Assembly: GCF_001194135.2 (NCBI RefSeq)
Contig: NC_068998.1
Span: 24,533,591 to 24,597,590 of the forward strand
Source of the DNA: Octopus bimaculoides
Taxonomy: Eukaryota
Reading direction: 5' to 3'
Length of the DNA: 64,000 bases
A model generated the notes under the pieces. It saw only the letters and a list, made by a program, of their open reading frames with translations, did no database searches and was not told where the DNA came from. The first letter of the stretch is position 1. Each line of letters begins with the position of its first letter. The position numbers and the translations under genes were made by a program. Shown in pieces: positions 51,645 to 64,000 of the stretch.

Positions 51645-51865
51645 TATCTTTTATCTTTATCTTTTATCGGCCATTAGACTGCGGCTATGATGGGGCACCA
51701 CCTTGAAGTTTTAGTTAAATGAATTGACCCAGTACTTACTTTTCAAGCCTAGTACTTATTCTATCGGTCGCTTTTGCTTAACCGCCAAGTTACGGGGACG
51801 TAAACACACTAATACTGGTTGATGGGGGGACAAACACAGACACAATGGCACACACACACGTGCAT

Positions 51866-51903
<38 letters not shown>

Positions 51904-51966
51904 CGGGCCTCTTTCAGTTTCCGTCCACCAGATCTACTTACAAGGCTTTGGTCGGCCCGAGGCTAT
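51645..51966 (-). mobile_element. SINE family A, running into a gap
   Basis: Reverse complement of the family A motif. Confidence 0.8.
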
Positions 51967-52735
51967 NNNNNNNNNNNNNNNNNNNNNNNNNNNNNNNNNN
52001 NNNNNNNNNNNNNNNNNNNNNNNNNNNNNNNNNNNNNNNNNNNNNNNNNNNNNNNNNNNNNNNNNNNNNNNNNNNNNNNNNNNNNNNNNNNNNNNNNNNN
52101 NNNNNNNNNNNNNNNNNNNNNNNNNNNNNNNNNNNNNNNNNNNNNNNNNNNNNNNNNNNNNNNNNNNNNNNNNNNNNNNNNNNNNNNNNNNNNNNNNNNN
52201 NNNNNNNNNNNNNNNNNNNNNNNNNNNNNNNNNNNNNNNNNNNNNNNNNNNNNNNNNNNNNNNNNNNNNNNNNNNNNNNNNNNNNNNNNNNNNNNNNNNN
52301 NNNNNNNNNNNNNNNNNNNNNNNNNNNNNNNNNNNNNNNNNNNNNNNNNNNNNNNNNNNNNNNNNNNNNNNNNNNNNNNNNNNNNNNNNNNNNNNNNNNN
52401 NNNNNNNNNNNNNNNNNNNNNNNNNNNNNNNNNNNNNNNNNNNNNNNNNNNNNNNNNNNNNNNNNNNNNNNNNNNNNNNNNNNNNNNNNNNNNNNNNNNN
52501 NNNNNNNNNNNNNNNNNNNNNNNNNNNNNNNNNNNNNNNNNNNNNNNNNNNNNNNNNNNNNNNNNNNNNNNNNNNNNNNNNNNNNNNNNNNNNNNNNNNN
52601 NNNNNNNNNNNNNNNNNNNNNNNNNNNNNNNNNNNNNNNNNNNNNNNNNNNNNNNNNNNNNNNNNNNNNNNNNNNNNNNNNNNNNNNNNNNNNNNNNNNN
52701 NNNNNNNNNNNNNNNNNNNNNNNNNNNNNNNNNNN

Positions 52736-52767
<32 letters not shown>

Positions 52768-53574
52768 GGGTCAAAATAAATGATGTGTGCACGAGAAACG
52801 AGGGGTATACATATGTATATATGCATAGTATGTGATTACATATATAGTTTGTAATTACATATATGCACAATCACACACACAAACATATATAGTCATTGAT
52901 TAGGAACATTATTTTCTTAGTCATGCTGAGTTTTTCTTTTCTTTTCTTTTTTTTTATGACTGATGAAAGTTTCTAAACAAGAATATATATATCAAGGCAG
53001 TATTAACACTATATTTGCTCCACTGGAGACGCTTGAAAAGCACATCTCTTAGTATATCAATGTATTTCATAGAATTCTTTATTCTGTTTGACATGATTCT
53101 CCATGTTAATAGATATATTAAACAAAAATCATGACTGTATTCCTCCCTTTAAAATAGCAAAACAGCACGATTCATGGCTGATATTAAAATACTCAAGAAA
53201 ATATTTATTTATTTATTTATCTATTTATCTATTCATCTATTTACGTCTGACCAGCTGATCTCAACTCAAATGTTACTGCATACACTGTAATATAACTTTG
53301 TTATTGTGTTTCTGAGTGAATATTGGAATAAATTTCAGATCTTATAAGTGTCTGGATTTTGATTTTAATGAACACTAAAGAATACAGATTAAAAGCTTTA
53401 AATTATCAGATATTGGACGAAGTTGTCATGTGTTAGTGACATTACGGTTTAATCGATTAATCTATGTGCCCCTCCCCCATCTTAACATTTTTGCACAAAC
53501 GTTGACGGGAAAACGTAGATATATACAAGAATCATACACATATACATACACATGCAACCATCCACCAATACCTT

Positions 53575-53616
<42 letters not shown>

Positions 53617-53808
53617 ACACACACACACGCATACACACATGACATCTTCTGCATTCATAAGGTACTCGGTTGTTACCCGTTGTTACATTGCAGCAAAAAA
53701 TATTTGTTAACCATGCACGTACCATCATACACACATACATACGTACATACATACATGCATACATACATACATACATGCATACATACATACATACATGCAT
53801 ACATACAC

Positions 53809-53843
<35 letters not shown>

Positions 53844-54523
53844 TATATATTGAAGTTTACTATTTTTTATTCAAATTTAAATACCAAGTAACAAAGGGGA
53901 AAGAGAGATTACAAAGAAAAAGAAAGAAGAACAAGGTGAGAATGTAAAGCACAGAAGATAAAGGAGGAGGGACCGATGGGTCACATTACCCGGAACAAAT
54001 GGCGTGTTCAGTCGTATCCCGTGGTTACGACCCTGATAGCATTGCCTCAGAGTATAGCCAGCGACACTTGCTATAGTAGTCACTCCACCTCACAGGGTTC
54101 ATTTCTCCAGCGAGCCCTATTAGCCCCATTTTGCGGAGAAAATGGGTAGTACGGTGTTCGAGAACATGATATATACATATAGTCACTTTTTAAAGTCTGT
54201 GCTGAATTGTGTTGACGGACTTGCACTTAAAATCTTCGCGTTTTTAATCAAAACGTGTTAGTTACTAAGATGACAACACTACTTATTTATCTACCTTTAT
54301 CACACTCTCTTTCTCACTGTATTTCTTTTTCAGCAACAACTTTTTCTTCTCTCTTTCTCTCTTTCTGCTCTCTCTCTCTCTTTCTGCTCTCTCTCTCTCT
54401 TTCTGCTCTCTTTCTTTCTGATCTCTCTCCCTCTCCTTCTCTCCCTCTCTTTCTTCTCACTCTCTCCCTCTCCCTCTCTTTCTTCTCTCTCTCTCCCTTT
54501 CCCTCTCCCTCTCTCTCTCTTTC

Positions 54524-54555
<32 letters not shown>

Positions 54556-54861
54556 TCTTGTCTCTCCATAGATGTTACAGAAAAACAGACGGTGATCAGA
54601 TTCTCTTTTATTAGATTAGTCAAAACTGAATTTAAGAGATGATTGCAAAAAGAACTTCTCAGTTACTTGGCTGTTTTACGCAAATACATGAAGAGTATCA
54701 GTGAAAAGCCTAAGATTAAAAAACAAAAGCCACGTATCAACTACATAAAATTCTTCAGATCTTCTGGGGTGAATAATTCAGTAGGCCCATACACACCAAA
54801 TACTTTAGGAATATTAGTTAACATAGACTCCAGTGTATAGAGCTTAATTTATAAGATCATT

Positions 54862-55026
54862 CAACTTTTGTGTGGTGAAGAACCTTGCTTCCCAACCATG
54901 TGATCTTGGGCTTAGCTCAGTCACCTTGGGCAAGTGTCTTCTATTACAGCCCGGGCTAACCACAAACCTGTGAGTGGATTTGGTAGATGGAATGCAAGAG
55001 AAGCCCATCAGGTGTAAACGCGCGCG

Positions 55027-55115
<89 letters not shown>

Positions 55116-55170
55116 AGTTTCAGGGTAGTGCCCCTGAATGACTGCGGTCCAGTAACTGAAACAAGTAAAA
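54862..55170 (+). mobile_element. SINE family A, diverged
   Basis: Family A head and tail with an expanded (CA)n. Confidence 0.75.
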
Positions 55171-56763
55171 TATATCTGTGTTTATACAATTACCTTTATA
55201 CAGTACTCATACGTAGGCCAGTTAGATGATTTTTATGTGTATGAAAAATGTATATATATATACATATATAGTTTCATATTATATAAATCCACTGATGTTA
55301 ATGTGCTGTCAATATATTTATTATATAAATCCACTGATGGTAATGTGCTGTCAATATATTTGTAAGGAACGACCGTGCGAACTCAAAAAAGGAGAAATGG
55401 TGACGAATGGAAAAACAGAGGACTCCTTTTATTTAAACGTGTCACACGGTCGAACACAAAAAATATATATCAATGATGATATACATAATATATGTTATGC
55501 GACGATAACATAGATGACCAGTAATGACAGACCACAACCGTATTAGATGAATAACAGAGATATTTATTGTAGCGTTAAAGATGTATGTGTATGTGAGAGT
55601 GTGAATGCGACATATAAGAACATAATCAAAGACAGGCCGTCATACAAAGAAAAGTGTGTATGTGAGTGATACATGTGTGTGAGTTATTACAGCAGATGGA
55701 AAGAGAGTCAATAACACGTGAGCAATTATACCAGTTCTTTAGTACACTATAGGAAGAGTTCTGTATGTGAAGTTGGGGAGGCTGAGTGTGGCAGCGGATC
55801 ACTAGTTGTGATGTCGTGGCATCGATGCCGGGCCGTGATTGGTCAGTTTGCGTTCTGGCGGGAAAGGTTCGAAGAATTTGCCGCTTCAAATAATAATCAG
55901 TCACGTGATGACAAGGCTGGTGTTTTCCCCTACGTTCGCGTTTGTTTATATTTAAATGAGAATGAATGGCGATAGCAGTTTTGTATCTAGTGACGATAGG
56001 TAGTTTCACTACACTATTATATAAATGCACTGATGTTAATGTGCTGTCAATATATTTGGGTATATAATTTCTTGTTAAAATCAAAATGTTTACGAGCACA
56101 TAATGGAAGCTATAAAACGGAAAAATGTACATATTATTAAATTAGTAGAAAATAACTCAGTAAATAATACGTTGCTCAGTTTAAAGATAGTCGCAACTCA
56201 GGATAACTAGTTGTTCTCTATAGAAGCTGAACAAAATGTTAATGACTAATTAACAACTAGAGAAAGGTGAAAATATAAAAGATTACACAAAGCTGCCTCA
56301 GTCAGCAAAAGCAACCTATGACCGATGTGTTCTGTTAATTAACACTGAAAGTTGCTCACTATTTGTTAGTTGGTAATTGTATAAAATAACGGCTAAAAAT
56401 AGCTTGTACATAGCTAGTTCCTTATTGGCTAACATACATAACAACGAATGTACTAAAATATTGTCTGAGTAAAGTCTCTGTTTCTCTTTTTCCTATTCTC
56501 CCCCCCCCCCCTTTTTGTCTTCATACATATATAGATAAATATGCGTGTGCGTGTCTGAAGGTGTGATAGGAAAATCAGTAGATCATCAGATAAATGACAT
56601 TATGGTATTTGTTTATGTCCTGTTACACACATAATTCACCTACACGTTAATTTTATCCCTCTGAGATTGGTTCTATCGGGCAGCAGTGTCAAACAAGTCA
56701 TATTACACTTGTCAGCTATTGCACAAGTAACCAGCTGAATCTGTATCATTCAAAAGCCTATAG

Positions 56764-56814
<51 letters not shown>

Positions 56815-57150
56815 CAGCTAAAACAATTGTTGGTACATATTTAGTAAGATTACGCCGATAGAGACTGCGATGTCAGAGATATTTAGTAGAGTCTTTGTCA
56901 TTATTTCAAGCAAACATTTTGTAATAACACAGAGTAAAGAAACTCAACCCCATAAACACTTGCCCTCTATTTAATACCTATTTTTTGTTCTAATTCAATC
57001 CATCATGTCTAATATTGACACTCTCTTCATGCTGGTATTGTCTAGTCCACAGTCAACCCAGTCAGAAAAGAACTCAATTAACTGACAATCTAGTTGTGAT
57101 GCTTTTTATTCAAATACATAGCAATATATGGCTGCTTTATTACCAATAGT

Positions 57151-57197
<47 letters not shown>

Positions 57198-57253
57198 TTT
57201 ATATTATTATATGATCAAACGCCACGCATCCTTTTCCAAGTAAGTTTTATCTT

Positions 57254-57298
<45 letters not shown>

Positions 57299-57329
57299 NN
57301 NNNNNNNNTTTCCAAGTAAGTTTTATCTT

Positions 57330-57378
<49 letters not shown>

Positions 57379-57639
57379 ATATATATATATATATATATAT
57401 AAACACACACACATACATAAATACATACATACATACACACACACACATATACGCATATATGCACACATATATACGCATATACTTACACATAAGTACACAC
57501 ATATACACACACAAACACATATATACACACACAGACAAACAAAAGTGCGCGCGCGCGTATAGCTGTTATATTTTTTGACAAAGAAAAGCAATGCATGAAA
57601 AGAATTTCTGGAAATTGCTTTTCTTTTGAAAAGAAGGAA

Positions 57640-58480
57640 CATTACTGTTGTCTTTTAAGTCTAAAATTGCTGATGGAGTAAAAATGAATGCTGTTGAGTT
57701 CAGATACGAAGTAACTGCTTTTGGAGCAAAATAACAGGTGGAGAGAATATTTGGGAAGTTGTATGCTGGAGGAGGAGGCACGGTACGCATTATCTTTTGG
57801 GTTGATGACCATCACTGTTGATAGAACTGTACATTTCTGGAAGTGCATGCCTTCTAGAACTTTATTTCTGGAGAAGAAAAATCAACACCAAGATTTAAAG
57901 CTTCCGCATTGTCTCATGCTTCTTCTAGGAGGAAATCCTGCTGGTAACATGAAATTAAACCCTTACATATGTATTACTCTAAAAATGGAAAAGTTTTGAA
58001 AAGGTTACTCAAAGTTTAATCTTCCTCTTATTTGGCATTGAAATAAGAAGGCAGATGTGTCTAAGAACTTTTCAAATAATAGCTTACAAGCAAGTTTTTG
58101 TCCTGTTGTAGAACAGTAGAGAGTGAAACATTTCCGACAAAGTATTGCTCTCTTTAGACAATGCATCAAATCACTCCACTGAAACTAAATGAGCTTTCTG
58201 ATAGTGTGAGAGTAGAATATATCCTGGAGAAATCAAATTCTTTGCTTCAGTCTATGGATTAAGGCATTTGACAAGGAAAGTAAACCTGCACTCAGAAATT
58301 TCTGGATGAAATTCAACATAAAAGATGGTGTGGATAACAGCTGAGTCATAAAAATCAAGTGAAGTCCTCAATTTTGAATGGTGCTTAGGAAAATATATGG
58401 TCAAAATGTATCAATGATTTTACAAATTTTCTTGAAGCAGAAAGTCTACATCAAATTCAAAGAGATATTGTACAAAATAT
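57640..58480 (+). mobile_element. Tigger/pogo transposase remnant (DDE_1 region)
   Basis: FWKCMPSRTFISGEEKSTPRFKA..LLLGGNPAG.MKL..; KVLLSLDNAS.H; LLQSMD*GI. Confidence 0.85.
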
Positions 58481-58789
58481 GAAGAAAAATATGTTCAGGA
58501 TAAAATAAGAATCCTAACAGGGTACATTTTTATCATGAAAGAAGTTGACTACTGACTGACGGGATGGAATGAGTGTTACTGCTAGGACAAGGAATACTAT
58601 ATTCTGTCTTATAGTCCATCATCAACATTTGCTTGAGAGGTGATGAAGAACTTGACCAAAATTGTTTGATCTTTATGGTGCATCATCTCTTTGTGTAGCT
58701 TACAGGAAGAAAAAAAATTAGAGTATACATATCTTGCAATTTTTATGATACGGTCATTATTGTTGTTATCATCAGCAATGGTCTGGTAT

Positions 58790-59250
58790 GCAACTCACTT
58801 CAGAAACTATTTTCTCCAGTTGTTCAGATAATTGGAAATAGCCTCTTTATCAGCGTTGGCAGCTTTGCCAGTCGTTTTATTTTTCATACTGTGCTGACTC
58901 AAGTACACTGAAACTTTTCAAACCACTGCATCATACAAATTTTTAGATCTTCTGAATTACTCTGGTACTTATAGACATATTATGATGAGTCAAATTTTTT
59001 GATCCACACACCAAAGAACCATTCCATTTTATGCATTGCATTAAATCTATCAAGAATAAATAAATAAATAAAAAGGTCTAACGAGTGAATGAAGTAGTTA
59101 CATGAGCACTTCATTTTCTGCCTATTTTCACATATTGCTCCCACTGATGATGTTACAAGCTTTAATGTTTAGGTAATGTGTCTGATATTTTCCTCCCGTT
59201 TGAAGATTTTTTGAGACATCATGTTTACTATTGAGTGTAATCCTTTTATG
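58790..59250 (-). mobile_element. Tigger/pogo N-terminal remnant (HTH / CENP-B-like)
   Basis: KREENIRHI..LKLVTSSVGAICENRQKMK and QWFEKF...GKAANADKEA. Confidence 0.7.
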
Positions 59251-60134
59251 GTTATTTTTCAAACTACTGCCTTCAGTTCCACTTAATGGGCTCCTTCCAG
59301 CCATCTTGAAATTTAGGTAAATCCAACTGTGGTTGCAGTCAACAGTTTAATTATCCACAACAAATATGTAATAAAGAATGAAGTGCCAGGACATGATGGT
59401 TTTGTGAAGAGTAAAGACATTGTCTTATGCCTATGGATATAAGAATGGAAATGAGAATATGAGAAGGTGAAGGAGCAAGCTGAGGAGGTGAAAGGAAGAA
59501 GTATATGATTACAGTTAGTTGAAGGGTTACCAAGTTCATGAAAACTTCACCCCTAACGATTATGTCTTCAGCCATCAAAAGTTTGTGAATAGGTAGTGGT
59601 GTTAGTTGTATTGGTTTTGGTGTTGGTGGTGTAAATGGTGGTGATAGTGGTGATAGTAGCGATAGTAGTTGTGGAGTGTATTGGTGTCGATGTTCACATT
59701 GTTCTTGGTAATTGTATTGTTGCTGCTGTTAAGTCTCAAGTCAGTCTGTATTGATCTAAGATCAAAGAGATTTCGATTCAACCTTTAAAATACACTAGGG
59801 TATCGCATTATCTCGTGTCATTGCCTTTTATTTTAGATGGAGTTACTTATCTTGTTGTAGTTGTTGTTGGTCATTAAAGAGTTGGTTGGTTAGTTGGTAA
59901 TGCTAGTGGTGGTATTGGCTTTGGTGTTGATAGATAGTGATAGGGGGTTAGCATTTACACCTACATATAAACACACAAACACACACACAATATATATAGA
60001 GAGAAAGAAATAGAGAGTATGAGGGGAAGAGAGGAAGAGATAGATAGATACTGATTGAACTTGAGAAAATATACAATAACACTGACATACACTATAAGTA
60101 TATGTATGTATGTTTGTATATCTATCTATACGTA

Positions 60135-60182
<48 letters not shown>

Positions 60183-60200
60183 NNNNNNNNNNNNNNNNNN

Positions 60201-60245
<45 letters not shown>

Positions 60246-60687
60246 TTGTGTGTGTGTGTGTGTGTACATGTATGTATATGTGTATATATATGTATGTATA
60301 TATGTATATATAAATAGTCATTATAGTTTTTCAAATTGTTAACTATACTTTGATCTTAGTTAAAACACTGAGAAGAGTGCTTTTGACTTAGAAGAAAATG
60401 TATATTTTAAACTTAAATTTATCTGAGTTTCCACAAGGACGAAATTACAGATTTTACCAGGAAATTACCAGCGATTCTTTACAATATATGTAAGTGTGAA
60501 ATTCTGTAACCTAAACAGGCATTAACATGGGAAATGCACCCAGTTGAATTACTGTTATTTAAGTGTAGTGTTTATCAAAAAAAAAAAAAAAACAACTTCA
60601 AAATGATACTCAAATGCTGTCTTGAAACCAATATACATGTCAAAAAAGCATACAAATTGTTATATACTAACTATTGCTGTATAGATG

Positions 60688-61000
60688 CAGGCATGTCTGT
60701 GTGGTTCCAGGTTTAATTCCACTGCATGGCACCTTGGGCAGGTGTCTTCTACTAGAGACTGAAGTTGATCAAGTCCTAGTGAGTGGATTTGGTTGACAGA
60801 AACTGGACAAAGCTTGTTGTGTGTGTGTCTTTGTGTTTGTCCTCCTCCAACATTTGACAACTAGTTTTGGCGTGTTTACATTCTCATAACTTAGGGGTTC
60901 AGCAAAAGAGACATGATAGAATAAGTACCAGGCTTTAAAAGTAAGCACAGGGGTCAATTCGTCTGACTGCAGTCTAATGACTGAAACAGATAAAAGATAA
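60688..61000 (+). mobile_element. SINE family A
   Basis: Family A motif. Confidence 0.8.
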
Positions 61001-61062
61001 GCGATATTTACCACGTTTCCTCATCTACCCAAACATATTGAAGTGATACTCAAAGAAGTATT

Positions 61063-61200
61063 ACTCTTTACTCTTTTACTAGTTTCTGTCATTTGACTGC
61101 AGCTATGCTAGAGCACTGCCTTTGCTTAAACAAAAAAATCGGTTGTCAAGCGATGGTGGGGGGACATGCACAGAAACACAGACATATACATATACATATA

Positions 61201-61255
<55 letters not shown>

Positions 61256-61385
61256 GATGGGCTTCTTTCAGTTTCTGTCTACAAAATACACTCACAAGGT
61301 GTTGGTTGGCCTAAGGTGCCACACAGTGGGACTGAACCCAGAACCGTGTGGTTGGGAAGCAAGCTACTTATCACACAGCCACACT
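61063..61385 (-). mobile_element. SINE family A
   Basis: Reverse complement of the family A motif. Confidence 0.8.
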
Positions 61386-61459
61386 TGTGTCTATGTTGTC
61401 TGTTTATTGATAAAGAAGAAAATCTTCAGCATTAAGACATATGAGAGTCTGCCAGTTAC

Positions 61460-61568
61460 CTGAGGTATTCTCCTTGCATGTACCGCATCCGTTACAAGCG
61501 AAATGAAGTAGGCTCTATGCAGTTTCTCAAGCAGCAAGATAGCAATGAAGTCTTCCTCAAAACACAAC
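61460..61568 (-). CDS. Putative exon (R)LCFEEDFIAILLLEKLHRAYFISLVTDAVHARRIPQ
   Basis: On -: pyrimidine tract plus AACAG acceptor and CAG|GTAACT donor. 109 nt, only one open frame, phase 2 to 0. Confidence 0.5.
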
Positions 61569-61950
61569 CTGTTGTTTTCAAAAAGAAATATGAAAAGAAA
61601 TGTTGAGCTGTGATTCCTTGAAAAATTATTCCTGTCTGGTTGGACACCACTAACGAGTCTTGCTTGTAGCTAAACATTCACAGTTATGTGCATTACTCAT
61701 CTTTACTTCATACAATACTTTAACCTTTTAGCCTTTAAACAGCCCAAATCTGGCTAAAATATTCTACCTATTTTATGTTTAAACCAGCCAGACTGAGCTT
61801 CTTACACCTACCATACAATGTCATTCTAAAAACTTACTACCACATCATTAAGATCTCAAAAGTATAAGATAATACCTGATTAATTCAAAGCAATGTGAAT
61901 AAATAACATTTATAACACAATTTAATCTGAATGCCAAAGGGTTAAAATTT

Positions 61951-62340
61951 CAGCGGAGTGGCTGTGTGGTAAGTAGCTTGCTTTCCAACCACATGGTTCT
62001 GGGTTCAGTCCCACTGCGTGACACCTTGGGTAAGTGTCTTCTACTATAGCCTTGGGCCAATCAAATCCTTGTGAGTGGATTTGGTAGTCGGAAACTGAAA
62101 GAATCCCATTGTATATATGTATGTGTGTGTATATGGTTGTGTGTCTGTGTTTGTCCCCAAACTTCACTTGACAACCGATGCTGGTGTGTTTATGTCCCCG
62201 TACCTTAACGGTTTGGCAGAAGAGACCAACAGAATAAGTACTAGGCTTACAAAGAATAAATCCTGGGGTCGATTTGCTCGACCAAAGGTGGTGCTCCAGC
62301 ATGGCTGCTGTCAAATGACTGAAACAAGTAAAAGAGTAAC
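61951..62340 (+). mobile_element. SINE family A, full length
   Basis: Complete family A motif. Confidence 0.9.
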
Positions 62341-63734
62341 TGAGCACAGCAAACTCTGCATATTTCTAGATTAGTTTTTACTGCATCACTAGTTTCTGCA
62401 GATTATATTGTTTTACTAAATAGGTACATTACTTCAACTGCTGACATTCAACTGTCTGATTCTATTACTTAAGGAACGCTTTCTGCAGCTAATCACAAAT
62501 ATTTCTCTGGCAAACAGCAAAGAAAGTTTTGTATGAATGAGCTGATATATTAGACTGTAATATTTGTGCTAGAAAGGATATGGACTTGGCTGTCATCACC
62601 CCACCCACATCCTCATCAATGGCACCCTTATGAACATCGTTTTTGCCATTCCTATGTCCATCTCCATCATCAACATAAGCATCATCCTCATCATTATAAT
62701 TTCCTTCTGCTCCTTCTCATCATCAACATCATAACTTCTGTCAGTTCTTATTTGGATTTACTGTGTCCATGGAGCTGTGGAAGAATATCCTCTAGCTTCC
62801 ACGAATTTTGGCAATGTTTCTTCCATCAACCACTTTATAGAGTGTACTGGATACATTTCATAGTGGCAACTGGACTACAGAGAATGCTTTGTTCTTGAGA
62901 ATGTTAAAAGAGCCTATCACAGCAGACAAAATGGTTAATGGCATTTCTTCTGACCTTACATCCTGAATAAAAAAATTCTGCTGAGGTCAACCGTGTTTTT
63001 CATCCTTTTGGGGTCAATAAAATAAGTACCAATTGAGTACTGGGGTCAATGTAATCGACTTCCTCCTCCCCTAAACTTGCTGGTCTTGTGCCAAAATTTG
63101 AAGTCAATGTTAAAAAAATGCTCCTGCATAGTAAATTTTATGCAGTTCTTTGTCAACCACTTTACCTTATCTGGTGCATTTTAATGAGATTCCAACATTA
63201 GGAAGATTGCTTTGTCTCCTACAAGACAAAGCAGTTTATTTCATTAAGCATTGTCTGTGATCCATCAGATAAAAGTGACAGAGGAGGTGGATAGAAGAGG
63301 GAGAGGAAGATGATAAAAAACAGTGTATGAATGTGATGTGAAAATAGCAGAAAAGAAGCAAAAACATGACTGAGGAATGAATAATAGAAGAGAGACAGTG
63401 AGAGCTAAATGGTGGTTGTTATTAAAGAAATTCATCTAAAAACAAAAAGCAAGAGTGTCTGATGGCATAGTATATCTGAGTGCATAATTTTATGTAAATC
63501 TGCATATTTCTGGGTGTGGCTTCTCACCCACAAACATTATTTATTTATATATGGTTCTGAATGTAAACAATTCTTTGTATTTGAATGCTTTCCATAATTA
63601 ACATACATTTCATTTCATTAGCTCTGAGGAAGTTATAGGATGTTACATAAGTACAGAGATCTGTGTGCATTGCTAATGAAGATTATTATGAGAGTCCTGT
63701 TCTAAAATCCTTCATTCATATATATATATATATC

Positions 63735-63951
63735 TTTAATTTATTTCAGTCATTTGATCATGGCCATCCTGGGGCACCACCTTAATGAAGCTTTAGCCAA
63801 ATAAATTGACCCCAGTACTTTTTTTTTAATTTAAGTCTGGCACTTATTTCATCAGTCTCTATTGCCAAACCTTTAAGTAACGGGGATATAGATATACCAG
63901 CATGGTTGTCAAAAGGTGATGGGTGACAAGCACAAATACAAAGACACATAT

Positions 63952-64000
<49 letters not shown>
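63735..64000 (-). mobile_element. SINE family A, 3' half, running off the window
   Basis: Reverse complement of the family A tail. Confidence 0.75.

Noticed and set aside
62566-62960. His-rich ORF and its acidic reverse frame
   Set aside because: It is a degenerate (CAT/GAT)n low-complexity tract. The adjacent minus frame may be a Tigger remnant, but this is not supportable.

Overview
AT-rich eukaryotic DNA with many microsatellites, N-gaps and repeats. The three tRNA-like SINE families look like those I associate with octopus genomes, so a coleoid cephalopod origin is an inference. Almost every ORF in the supplied track is an artefact of microsatellites or gaps. Real coding signal comes from two sources. 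(i) Decayed transposons: Penelope-like RT/GIY-YIG, RTE, CR1/Jockey-like and R4/NeSL-like LINEs, Tc1, mariner, Tigger/pogo, Merlin, and Helitron-like pieces. (ii) Two hand-assembled chains of short exons with good splice sites and consistent phases: a + strand chain (11924-25166) encoding a small protein with a signal-peptide-like N-terminus, and a - strand chain (61568 to about 28878) for an unrecognised protein. The most striking item lies between them at 25812-27120: a non-coding ~520-bp tandem unit carrying a type I hammerhead ribozyme motif in three copies. Two copies are on + exactly 520 nt apart and one is on -, arranged as a divergent inverted array, which is a retrozyme/Penelope pLTR-like architecture. 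Further isolated hammerhead motifs (35045, 35761, weaker at 15757 and 30945) and several long fold-back palindromes are also present. All alignments and folds were done by eye, and nothing was checked against databases.
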